Source: an uncultured delta proteobacterium
Lineage (GTDB): Bacteria > Desulfobacterota > Desulfomonilia > Desulfomonilales > Desulfomonilaceae
Length of the DNA: 64,000 bases
NCBI GenBank assembly: GCA_963789265.1
Contig: CAWBKB010000001.1
Coordinates: forward strand, 1,856,001-1,920,000
Reading direction: 5' to 3'
Below, one piece after another: positions 40,294 to 49,231 of this stretch. The notes below the pieces were generated by a model, which worked only from the letters and a program-made list of their open reading frames with translations, was not told the DNA's origin and made no database searches. The translations under genes and the position numbers were made by a program. Within the stretch, counting starts at the first letter, position 1. Each line of letters starts with the position of its first letter.

Positions 40294-41130
40294 ATGATAG
40301 ATTCGGACCTGGTCGGGAAAAAGTACGGCCCGATCCCCTTTGAATACACGTGGAAAGATGTGATCCTGTACGCCCTGAGTATCGGGGCCCAGACCGATGA
40401 ACTCTCGTACGTATACGAGAACGCTCGGGCAGGGTTGCAGGTCTTTCCCAGCTTTGCGACCGTGATGGGCAGTCGCCTGTTTGCCGAACTCTTCAGTGAC
40501 GTGGAAGTTGACATGTCCAGGTTCATTCACGGAGAAGAGGCCATAAAGCTCTATCGGCCGATTCCGCCTGAAGGGAAGGCTCTCGTTAAAGGGGGAATAA
40601 CAAATGTGTACGACAAAGGTAAAGGCGCACTGATTATATGGCGCATGGACGTCACCACCGAAGTGGGTGAACCTCTTGCCAGGGCCGAGCACGGCATTTT
40701 CTATGTGGGCGCAGGAGGCTTTGGCGGAGACGCCGGCCCGAAGGCAGAAGCGCTTGAACCTCCCGAAGGAACGGACCCGAATTTCACTGAATCCTATTAC
40801 ATTCCCTGCAATCAGGCAGCCCTGTACCGCCTGAACGGCGATCTCAATCCTCTGCACGTGGATCCTGATTTCGCTAAGATGGGAGGTTTTCCTCGCCCTA
40901 TTCTGCACGGTCTTTGCACTTACGGTTATGCAGCGAGGGCCGTTCTGCGGAGAGTATGTGACGGAGATGTGTCACGCTTCAAAGAGTTTAGGGCTCGTTT
41001 TGCCGGCGTGGTCTATCCCGGGGATACGCTCGTGACTCAGGGATGGATGGACAAGGATGGCGGTTACTTTATTCGTTCCCACACGGAGCACGGGGTGGTG
41101 CTGAGCCACGCTTATGCGAGAGTTGAGTAG
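40294..41130 (+). CDS. MaoC-type double hot-dog (R)-enoyl-CoA hydratase (hydratase 2-like)
   Basis: LYRLNGDLNPLHVDP...PILHGLCT hydratase-2 motif. Confidence 0.9.
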   Translation: MIDSDLVGKKYGPIPFEYTWKDVILYALSIGAQTDELSYVYENARAGLQVFPSFATVMGSRLFAELFSDVEVDMSRFIHGEEAIKLYRPIPPEGKALVKGGITNVYDKGKGALIIWRMDVTTEVGEPLARAEHGIFYVGAGGFGGDAGPKAEALEPPEGTDPNFTESYYIPCNQAALYRLNGDLNPLHVDPDFAKMGGFPRPILHGLCTYGYAARAVLRRVCDGDVSRFKEFRARFAGVVYPGDTLVTQGWMDKDGGYFIRSHTEHGVVLSHAYARVE

Positions 41131-41187
41131 AAAAAGATGAATGGGATAGCAATACGATTGGTTTCTAACACTGATTCACTTTGAAGT

Positions 41188-41216
41188 GTAGGGGCGGGTT
41201 TCAAACCCGCCCCTAC
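41188..41216. repeat. GTAG-type REP hairpin, copy 2
   Basis: GTAGGGGCGGGTTTCAAACCCGCCCCTAC between convergent genes. Confidence 0.8.
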
Positions 41217-41347
41217 ACTTCGTCATGCCTACTAGCGCTAGAATCTAGCGGGGCTACCCCGCCATACCCCGGCAAACACTGTCACTCGTTTTAAGCCACA
41301 GCTATGAAATCGCCAGTACTGCCGCTACTCTCCTGAGTGTTTGATAC

Positions 41348-42164
41348 TTACAGTGGCTTTGTAGCCCTGAACAAAACTCCCTTGGTCTCGGCAGAACTGT
41401 CAATCCCTGTATGAGAGACCATCTCGGCTTCGACAAAGCCGACCTGCTTCAACATCGCCAGGAAATCCTTTCCTGGTATGGCTCCGCCAATTCACCCCGC
41501 CCAGTTGTCAATCCGCGTCTTGATATCCTCCGGCAGATAACCGGTAAGTACCTCGTCAGCCATCATGAGGCGTCCGCCGGGCTTCAGTACCTCTGAAGAC
41601 CTCTCTCAGGGCCTTTGGTTTGTCAGGCACGAGATTGAAAACCCCGCTGGAAATGACAACATCGAAATCTTGATCCGGGAATGGCAAATCTTCAGCAGAT
41701 GACTTCTGGAACGAGACATTTTTGAGATCGGTCAGGCCAAGATTTTGCCTTGCCCGTTCCACCATCTCGGGAGTCATGTCAATACCCACGGCCCTACCCG
41801 CGGGCCCTGCCATTATAGCGGCAATCATCGTGTCCACACCGCCGCCGCAGCCAATATCAAGGACGCTCTCGCCCTTCCGTATTTCTCCAAGAGAGAAGGG
41901 ATTGCCTACTCCGCAGAATGAGTCCAACACAGTCTCAGGCAAGGTGCGGAGAATATCCGGATCATATTTCAGGGTCTCCAGCCCGGCACGTCCTGTCGAG
42001 TAATTGAAGAGACCATGAGGATTGACCGCAACCTTGGCATATTTTCCCAGGATGCCACCCTCAATCTTCTTTCTGTGCTCGCCCGTAAGACTGGTTTTCA
42101 TGATCGAAAATCCTCCAAATCCCCCAACCTGGTCGAGTAGATCGTGTGCTCGGACCATCTTCAT
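41348..42164 (-). CDS. Arsenite-methyltransferase-like SAM methyltransferase, predicted selenoprotein (UGA at 41494-41492); +1 frameshift near 41590; start could instead be 42101
   Basis: SFCGVGNP, VLDIGCGGG, GIDMTPEM; after removing one G the frame reads RVLKPGGRL...NWAG-U-IGGA...GF...RATKPL*; hairpin downstream of the UGA. Confidence 0.82.
41458..41476 (-). promoter_or_regulatory. Candidate bacterial SECIS element of the methyltransferase
   Basis: CCAGGAAA-GGA-TTTCCTGG perfect 8-bp stem; loop starts with G, 23 nt after the UGA. Confidence 0.7.
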
Positions 42165-42263
42165 AGCTTCTCTACATTTTACAGTGTTGCGACAACGAAT
42201 ATGGTTCCGGATTCAGACGGGTGCGGTGCATCGCAAAGCGGCCCGAACCGCTCACATCTTGGC

Positions 42264-42277
42264 ACGACAATTGTCGT
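42264..42277. promoter_or_regulatory. Perfect 14-bp palindrome ACGACAATTGTCGT between the divergent selenoprotein genes
   Basis: Seen directly; just upstream of a possible TTGAAT-17-TACAGT promoter (42290-42318). Confidence 0.4.
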
Positions 42278-42439
42278 CGATTATTGTGATTGAATTAGGG
42301 CGTTGAAGGGGATACAGTAAAGCTATGCTGTTCAGTCTGGGGGGCAAATTTTCCTTGTGATTTGTAATGAGATGTAGGTCCATTTTGGAAAATTGCTAAA
42401 AACACCAAATTAACTCACACAAAGGGGAGGTCTAATCCA

Positions 42440-43234
42440 ATGAAACGATGCTTAATCAGTCTACTAGCAGTTGTCATCGGCCTGTTAGTCCTCGGTACTT
42501 CCGGCAATTGTCTTGCCGGGAGCAAGGAAGACGTATCGAGTTCATGCGTGGCGCCCGCACGAGGCCCCATTCTGGCTATGGCTCAGGAATCGACTGCCTC
42601 TCGGGCTCAGTCTCCAGCGGCCCCGGTCCAGCCTCTGGCGAAAGTCGGTAAACCCGCCCCTGATTTCGAGGCCAATGCTTTTGTTAACGGGATGTTCAAG
42701 AATGTCAAACTGTCGGACTACAAAGGCCAATGGGTAGCGCTCTGCTTCTATCCTGGCGACTTCACTTTTGTTTGACCGACCGTACTCACGGCAGTTGCCG
42801 CGAAGTATAATGAGCTGAAGTCATTGGGTGTGGAAGTACTGGCTTTAAGCACTGATAGTCGCTTTTCTCACAAGATATGGCAGGAAGCCGAACTAACCAA
42901 GATGATCCCCGGAGGCGTGCCGTATCCGATGCTTTCGGACGCCGGAGGCATGATTGGGAAAGTTTACGGGGTCTATGACGAGACTTCAGGGGTCAATATT
43001 CGCGGAAGATTCATAATCGACCCAGACGGAACAATCCAGGCTATGGAAATCTTGACCCCATCGGTCGGGCGCAATGTCGCCGAACTGATCCGGCAGGTGA
43101 AGGCATTTCAACATGTGCGACAAACCGGGGAGGCCACTCCATCCGGTTGGCAACCAGGGAGGCCGACATTGAAACCCGGCCCTGAGTTGGTAGGACAGGT
43201 GTGGAAGATTTGGAAGCCTGACAAGGCATTCTAG
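42440..43234 (+). CDS. prxU: Selenocysteine-containing peroxiredoxin (AhpC/Prx1-like) with N-terminal signal peptide; UGA at 42773-42775
   Basis: ORFs 42440..42775 and 42824..43234 are in frame; [12 protein letters not shown] has UGA at the peroxidatic Cys position; [17 protein letters not shown] ggagg. Confidence 0.9.
42783..42807 (+). promoter_or_regulatory. Candidate bacterial SECIS element of the peroxiredoxin
   Basis: TACTCACGGC-AGTT-GCCGCGAAGTA stem-loop with G in the apical loop, 17 nt after the UGA. Confidence 0.7.
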
Positions 43235-43275
43235 TAACTGTCAGTTCCGCAACGAGGCCTAATGAGCATTAATCC

Positions 43276-43326
43276 GGACTTCATCTGATTTTTCTACAAA
43301 TTGACGAGAATTATCAGATGAAGTCC
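43276..43326. terminator. Hairpin between convergent genes (possible terminator)
   Basis: GGACTTCATCTGAT...ATCAGATGAAGTCC 14-bp inverted repeat. Confidence 0.5.
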
Positions 43327-43346
43327 TATCCATTACGGCTCATACC

Positions 43347-43511
43347 TCAATTGGAAACCCCCTCTCGGATCTCCGATACTGCCTGCTCGAAACCCACTGG
43401 CTCTGAAGGCCCGCTTTTGGCTTCATCGTAGGCACGGATATCATCGAGTTCTTCAAGCATCTCGCAAGCTGCTGTTATATGGCCGCCTGAGACATGATCT
43501 TTTTCCATCAG
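43347..43511 (-). pseudogene. Antitoxin-like small ORF or remnant
   Basis: EMLEELDDIRAYDEAK..E.V.FEQAV C-terminus resembles small type II antitoxins; no toxin gene follows. Confidence 0.4.
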
Positions 43512-43855
43512 GTCGCCGTTTCCTGTTCCAAGATCTTCAGTACGTCTTCGCGAAGCGAGGGTATCCTTTTTTCCACAACGTCCCAAACGATGTCATAGTC
43601 AACTCCAAAATAGTCGTGGATTAGACGATCTCTCATTCCCGCTATGGATTTCCACTTCACGGCAGGATATCGATTCTTAAGTTCAGATGGGATCTTCTTC
43701 GATGCTTCCCCTATGATTTCGATGCTTCACACGAACGCTCGTTTGAGCGTCGCATCTTCCAGAAACTGCTCTTTGCTCAGCCCCTGTTTTTGAAGAATGA
43801 GATATTCCGTTTCATCAAGTATGTGGCGAAGATACTCAAGCGGCGAGACCTGCAT
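43508..43855 (-). pseudogene. HepT-like (DUF86) ribonuclease toxin with in-frame nonsense codon at 43729-43727
   Basis: MQVSPLEYLRHILDE...[16 protein letters not shown]...[14 protein letters not shown] (RX4H motif); TGA sits where Arg (CGA) is expected. Confidence 0.85.
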
Positions 43856-44144
43856 ACTCAACCTCTCTGAGAATGTGAGGACCAATGTAGGGGCTGAGAG
43901 ATTCTACAGTGACGACTTCAGTCCTGTGCTGAAGAATGTCGTCCACAAAGAAGCACAATTCCATAAAAGCATCGAATGTCTTTTGTCCTGGCTCAAATTC
44001 GACCAGTAGATCGATGTCACTGTCAGGCCGCTGCTCTCCGCGAACAAAAGAGCCAAACAATCCGATCTTCTTCACGCCCAGCGCCCGCAAGCGAGATCGG
44101 TTCTGTTCGAGTGTAGCCAGAATATCCTGCTTTGTCTTGATCAT
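43836..44144 (-). CDS. Minimal nucleotidyltransferase antitoxin (MntA-like)
   Basis: GLFGSFVRGEQRPDSDIDLLVEF; overlaps the HEPN gene. Confidence 0.9.
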   Translation of the reverse strand: MIKTKQDILATLEQNRSRLRALGVKKIGLFGSFVRGEQRPDSDIDLLVEFEPGQKTFDAFMELCFFVDDILQHRTEVVTVESLSPYIGPHILREVEYAGLAA

Positions 44145-44270
44145 AGCCTAACCGGGCTCCGACGATTATCAAATGTGTGATGCCGGGGAAACTCGCCGGA
44201 CACGTCTTGACTTCAAGTTCCACGCCGCATATTTTTATCACATCAAAATGCTCCAAATCCAGGAGACACT

Positions 44271-44501
44271 ATGCCCCTCTCACTTGCCGAAATCGAACAG
44301 GAAGTTAGTCAGCTCACTCCGGAGGAGAGGGCGCGATTAAATTCTTTCCTGATCGCCTCTCTTGAGCCCACCGACGAGGGAGATATCGAGGCCGCGTGGG
44401 AGCAAGAGGTCCTGGCTCGGTCAGCGGAGGTTCAAGAAGGCCGCGTCGTTCCTGTCCCGGCTGACGAGGCTCTTGCTCGTTTGCGCCGCAGATTGTTGTG
44501 A
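44271..44501 (+). CDS. Putative addiction-module antitoxin (TIGR02574-like)
   Basis: LTPEERARL...IEAAWEQEV..R..E...G.V..VP; SD aggag; GTGA overlap with the toxin. Confidence 0.8.
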   Translation: MPLSLAEIEQEVSQLTPEERARLNSFLIASLEPTDEGDIEAAWEQEVLARSAEVQEGRVVPVPADEALARLRRRLL

Positions 44502-44600
44502 GAGAGTTCCGGATACATCCTTCTGCCGAGGCCGAGCTGGCCGGGGCAGCTCGATTCTATGAAGCGCGACTGGCCGGTCTTGGACAGGACTTCCTTGGGG
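44498..44600 (+). pseudogene. ParE/RelE-family toxin, N-terminal fragment only
   Basis: MREFRIHPSAEAELAGAARFYEARLAGLGQDFL, after which similarity stops. Confidence 0.7.
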
Positions 44601-44813
44601 TTCTTTTCGGAAGCCGGGATTTCCGTCGAAACTCACCTTCTCATTCGAGGAGTGAGCCCCGGGGGAGATCTCGCGAGATTTGCTCAGGAACAGAGCATTT
44701 ACGAGATCCTCGTGGGTGTAAGAAAGACTTCCGCGGTGGGCAAGACACTCTTCGGATCCAATGCCGGGCACGTGATTTTACATGCGCCCTGCCCTGTTGT
44801 CAGTGCGACATAA
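44601..44813 (+). pseudogene. Universal stress protein, C-terminal fragment
   Basis: GISVETHLLIRG...ILVGVRKTSAVGKTLFGSNAGHVILHAPCPVV; N-terminal half absent. Confidence 0.7.
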
Positions 44814-44838
44814 TCATTCAAAGGAGAAAGTCAGGCAA

Positions 44839-45945
44839 ATGAACAAATTATTTGAACGTAGTTCAATCAACGGAATGGAGTTGTCGAATCGTTTTGTCCG
44901 GTCCGCCACATGGGAGGGAATGGCCGCGGAGGACGGATCGGTCACTCCGAAATTGACTGAAACCTTGGTGGCACTTGCAAAGGGAGGCGTGGGACTGATC
45001 ATGACCAGTCACGCCTATATTCTGCCGGAAGGCCAGGCCGCGCCGTGGCAACTCGGCATATACAAAGATGAGCACATTGAAGGTCTCCGGGAATTGACCG
45101 CGGCTGTTCACGGTTCGGGAGCCAAAATTGTAATGCAGATCTCACACGGTGGCAACTTTGCTCTGAAGCAGTTAATCGGAAGGCCCCCGCTGGTTGTCTC
45201 GAACTTTGAGGGACTTTCAAAGTCACCCCGCGAAGAGATGAGCACCGAATACATTGGCAATGTTGTGACCGCGTTTGCCGATGCCGCGCGAAGGGCCAAA
45301 GCCGCAGGATTTGACGGAGTTCAAATCCATTCGGCGCACGGGTACCTTCTGAGTCAATTCCTATCCCCTGCGTTTAATCGTCGGAAGGATGATTACGGGG
45401 GAGGCATCGAAAATAGGGCTAGGATTCATCTGAACATTTATCAGGCCATCCGAGAAGTCGTCGGCGAAGGATTTCCCATATTGATCAAGTTGAACTGCCA
45501 GGATTTCTCTGACAACGGGTTAACCTTGGAGGACTCTCTCCAGGTTGGACGCATGTTGGCCGACGCGGGTTTGGCCGCTATCGAGCTGAGCGGCGGATTA
45601 CTGACCGGCGGAAAGTTATCTCCCAGCCGGTTCGGAATAAAATCGGAGGAACAAGAAGCCTATTTCAGGGAAGAGGCACAGGCTTTCAAAAATGAGATCA
45701 ATATACCCTTGATCCTGGTTGGTGGCATACGATCCTTGGAAGTGGCAGAGCGCTTGATTGAAGACGGAGTAGCAGATTACGTATCCATGAGCCGCCCCTT
45801 GATCAGAGAACCTGCACTGGTCAATCGGTGGAAAGCCGGCGATCGCGGCAGAGCGCTGTGCAAATCGGACAATTTGTGTTTCGGCTCGGGCGGGCAAGGA
45901 GACGGTATCTACTGCGCTACCGAAAAACAAGAAAAGGGGAAATAG
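44839..45945 (+). CDS. NADH:flavin oxidoreductase (Old Yellow Enzyme family)
   Basis: NRFVRSATWEG, AGFDGVQIHSAHGYLLSQF, SRPLIREP, CKSDNLC. Confidence 0.93.
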   Translation: MNKLFERSSINGMELSNRFVRSATWEGMAAEDGSVTPKLTETLVALAKGGVGLIMTSHAYILPEGQAAPWQLGIYKDEHIEGLRELTAAVHGSGAKIVMQISHGGNFALKQLIGRPPLVVSNFEGLSKSPREEMSTEYIGNVVTAFADAARRAKAAGFDGVQIHSAHGYLLSQFLSPAFNRRKDDYGGGIENRARIHLNIYQAIREVVGEGFPILIKLNCQDFSDNGLTLEDSLQVGRMLADAGLAAIELSGGLLTGGKLSPSRFGIKSEEQEAYFREEAQAFKNEINIPLILVGGIRSLEVAERLIEDGVADYVSMSRPLIREPALVNRWKAGDRGRALCKSDNLCFGSGGQGDGIYCATEKQEKGK

Positions 45946-45988
45946 TCTGACACCGACCGGCTTTCAAACAAGTGACATCGTGTTTCTG

Positions 45989-46017
45989 GTAGGGACGGGT
46001 TTGAAACCCGCCCCTAC
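45989..46017. repeat. GTAG-type REP hairpin, copy 3
   Basis: GTAGGGACGGGTTTGAAACCCGCCCCTAC; flanks match the inverted flanks of copy 1. Confidence 0.8.
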
Positions 46018-46056
46018 ATATTGTCATGCCCGCTTAGCCGGTGGAGGTAGGGGCGA

Positions 46057-49000
46057 ATGGCATTCGCCCTGGACGACCGCAATCGTCAGGCAATTGCCAT
46101 AATGAATCGCCTTGCAAGAGAATTGTCCCGACTCTGTCAAGAGCATATTCTAGAGGAAAAATGGCTCATCGCGCCGTCTCTTCGGGTGGGTCATCAGTGG
46201 CTGGATATTGTGACGCTCGCGGCCGGGCCGGTCTTGAATGTGCGCATTAAGACTCTGAAAGGTCTCGCTCTGGACCTGGCAGGGCCGAAAATGGCCGAGT
46301 CGGGATTTTCACTGATCACTGCCACCGGCTCGCTGATTCTGATTGATCGAATATTGAATCAGCTCCGAAGCTCCTATTCAGGCTATCTTTCATCCTTACC
46401 TCCAAGCCCCACTCTATCTCGGACAGTTTGCTCCGCCATCGATGCCATCAGGCTCGCCAACCTCAATGCAAATGATTTGCACCCGCAATGTTTTGAAGCT
46501 CCTGAAAAGAGCAAGGACCTGGCCTTCATTCTAACTGAATACCTCCAAATACTGGGTGAAAAGCGCCTCATTGATTATGCAACCGCCCTGAGCATGGCAA
46601 AAGATCGATTGCTGGCAGAACCCGACAAGTCTCGGTGCTGACGTGATTGTGCTGGTACCGGGAGATCTGGATGTTGGATTCATGGAACTGGCGCTTGTAC
46701 AGGCCCTGCCTGCCGCAGGGCGAATTGACTTGGCCGTAGATCCAATCGAGCTAGCACCGAATGAGATCTCCGGGGACATCAGCGACGCAAATCTGTTGAG
46801 GTGGATCCTTTCTCCCAATTCAGCTCCTCTTTCGAGTAACGACGGTACCGCCACCATTTTCAGCGCAGTGGGCGAAGTCAATGAAGTGCGAGGAGTTCTG
46901 CGCAGATGCCTCTCGGAAGGCCACAGATTCGACGAAGTCGAGATCCTTCACACTGACCCGGCAACCTATGTTCCACTGATTTATGAAATTATCGTACCCC
47001 CGGATACGGAACCTTCATTTGACCATGAGAGCTTGCCCGTGACATTTGCAGAAGGCATTCCCACCCGGTACTCCAAACCGGGGCGTGCACTGACTGGCTG
47101 GCTGGACTGGTTACGGGGCGGTTACGTGCAGGCGGTCCTCGCCCGAATGATTCAGGACGGACTTCTCAATCTACCTGGCACGGATGCCCATGAACTGAGT
47201 TTTTACCAATTAGCGGCCCTATTCCGAGAGGTCGGTATCGGCCTCGGAAGAGACCGCTACATTCCCACCCTGGTCGAAAAGATCAAACAACTAGAGCGCG
47301 TGCCCGATAACGGGTCCCTTCGGGGCAGTGACTCGAACCGTGTCGGCGACCGACACACGACCGAGGCTTCCCTCGAAAGGCTCAAGATATTGCTCGAAGT
47401 GATCGAAAGGCTCCTGGGAGTTTCCCCCGCAGCAAACTGTACGCATGATGAGCTACTGACCGCCGCGAACAGATTCTTGGAAGAATTTGCCCGCAGCGAG
47501 ACCGAACTGGACAACTACTCCTTGATTGCTCTCCTGGATCCAATAAACGAGATGGCGTTTTGGACAGATGAGGCCGCGGAGCCCATCAGCCTCGATCTGT
47601 GGGAATGGCTCGCGTCACTGCCGGAAACTGTTCGAGTGGGCGGGAGCGGCCCCAGGCCGGGACGATTGCACGTGGCCCATGTTCTGTCAGGCGGACATTC
47701 GGGCCGGAAGCATACATTCATTATCGGCTTGGATGATGGCCGCTTTCCTGGTGCAGGCTTGAACGACCCGCTTCTTCTGGACGAGGAACGAGGAAAGCTC
47801 TCCCCCAAGCTACCAAAGGCTTCGGCACAGCTCGGCCTGAAGCTGGAGAAGCTCGCCGGGTTGCACGCGAGACTGCGGGGCACGGTCACACTTGGTTTTT
47901 CATGTTTGAATCTTCAAGAAGACCGTGAAATGTTCCCGAGCCCGGTGGTTTTGTCCGCGTATCGCATTCTTTCAAACAATCGCGATGGCGATCAGGGTGA
48001 CATGATGACCTGGCTCTCTGTCCCGGACTCATTCGCTCCCCGCGCCGCCGACCTGTGCCTTAACGAACAGGAATGGTGGCTTTGGCGTTTGTGCGGCCCT
48101 GAGGCCATTTCCGATGCCTGCGAGGTTGTGGGCCGACGTTTTCCTCATTTGGCCCAAGGGTTCATAGCGGCCGCAGCGCGGAACAGCGACGAGTTCACAA
48201 TTTATGATGGATTACTGTCCACCCCTTCTCCGGACCTGGACCCGTTTTCGCCTAGCGGCCCGGTCATGTCGGCTCGTCGGCTTGAGACTATAGGTTCCTG
48301 TCCGCTTCGATATTTCTTCAAATACGTCCTGGACATTTCCCCTCCTGAAGAGTTGGTGGTCGATCCGTCGAGATGGTTGGACCCGGTTGATTTCGGCAAT
48401 CTGCTGCACGAAGTGTTCTACCGTTTCATGAGCGAACTTTTGGCGGAACGGCGGCTACCGTTATATGAACGTGATAGGCCGAGGCTGTTCAAAATACTGG
48501 ACCAACAAATCAATGAATATCAAAATCGGTTCCCGCCGCCCAATCCGAGCGCTTTTCGCCAACAGTGGCTGCAACTGATCCAAAGTGCTCAAATCTTCCT
48601 CATCGAAGAGGAAGAACTGTGTCGTTACAGTAAGCCGCTGTATCTCGAAGCCTCCATTGGAATGCCGCCTTACGAACGGTCCAGCCCTCTCGACGTCCTG
48701 GAGCCTGCAATCATCAGGCTCCCCAGCGGTAAAACCATAAGAGGCCGCGGCCGAATCGACCGCGTGGACGGCATTGATGATGACTCCAAATCCGAGTTCT
48801 CGATCTGGGACTACAAGACCGGCAGACCGACAAGATACGAGAAGCCCGACACGCTCTCGCAGGGTCGAGTAATTCAGCACGCTCTCTACACTGAGATGGC
48901 GAGAGCTATCTTGAGAAAGAAGATATCGCCGGGAGCCGCAGTGTCTCACTTTGGGTATTTTTTCCCCGGAAGCGGTTATCGCGGTGTCCGCATACGGCGG

Positions 49001-49231
49001 TGGCCTCATCAGATGACGGAAGCCACTGGCATTATCGAAAGGCTCTGCAGAATCGTGGCCTCGGGTTCTTTTCTCCCGACAAACGATTCCAAGGAGGATT
49101 GCCCTTTTTGCGATTATCTCTTTATATGTGGAAACACCACCGCTCTTGCCGCTGCAAGCACGCGCAAGCTCAAGAATCTTCGCAACGCGAGTTTACAACC
49201 TTTCCGAGAGTTGAGGAACCTTGTTGCATGA
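46057..49231 (+). CDS. addB: AddB-like helicase-nuclease subunit (PD-(D/E)XK with Fe-S Cys); +1 frameshift near 46628
   Basis: SARRLETIGSCPLRYFF, GNLLHEV, GRIDRVD, WDYKTG, CPFCDYLFIC; ORFs 46057..46641 and 46643..49231 join on removal of one A. Confidence 0.8.

Noticed and set aside
42259..42275. Sigma-54 promoter TTGGCACGACAATTGT
   Set aside because: GT instead of the near-invariant GC at -12; better explained by the overlapping palindrome
43727..43729. Third selenocysteine codon, in hepT
   Set aside because: Aligns with an expected Arg (CGA to TGA), not Cys, and no convincing SECIS hairpin follows
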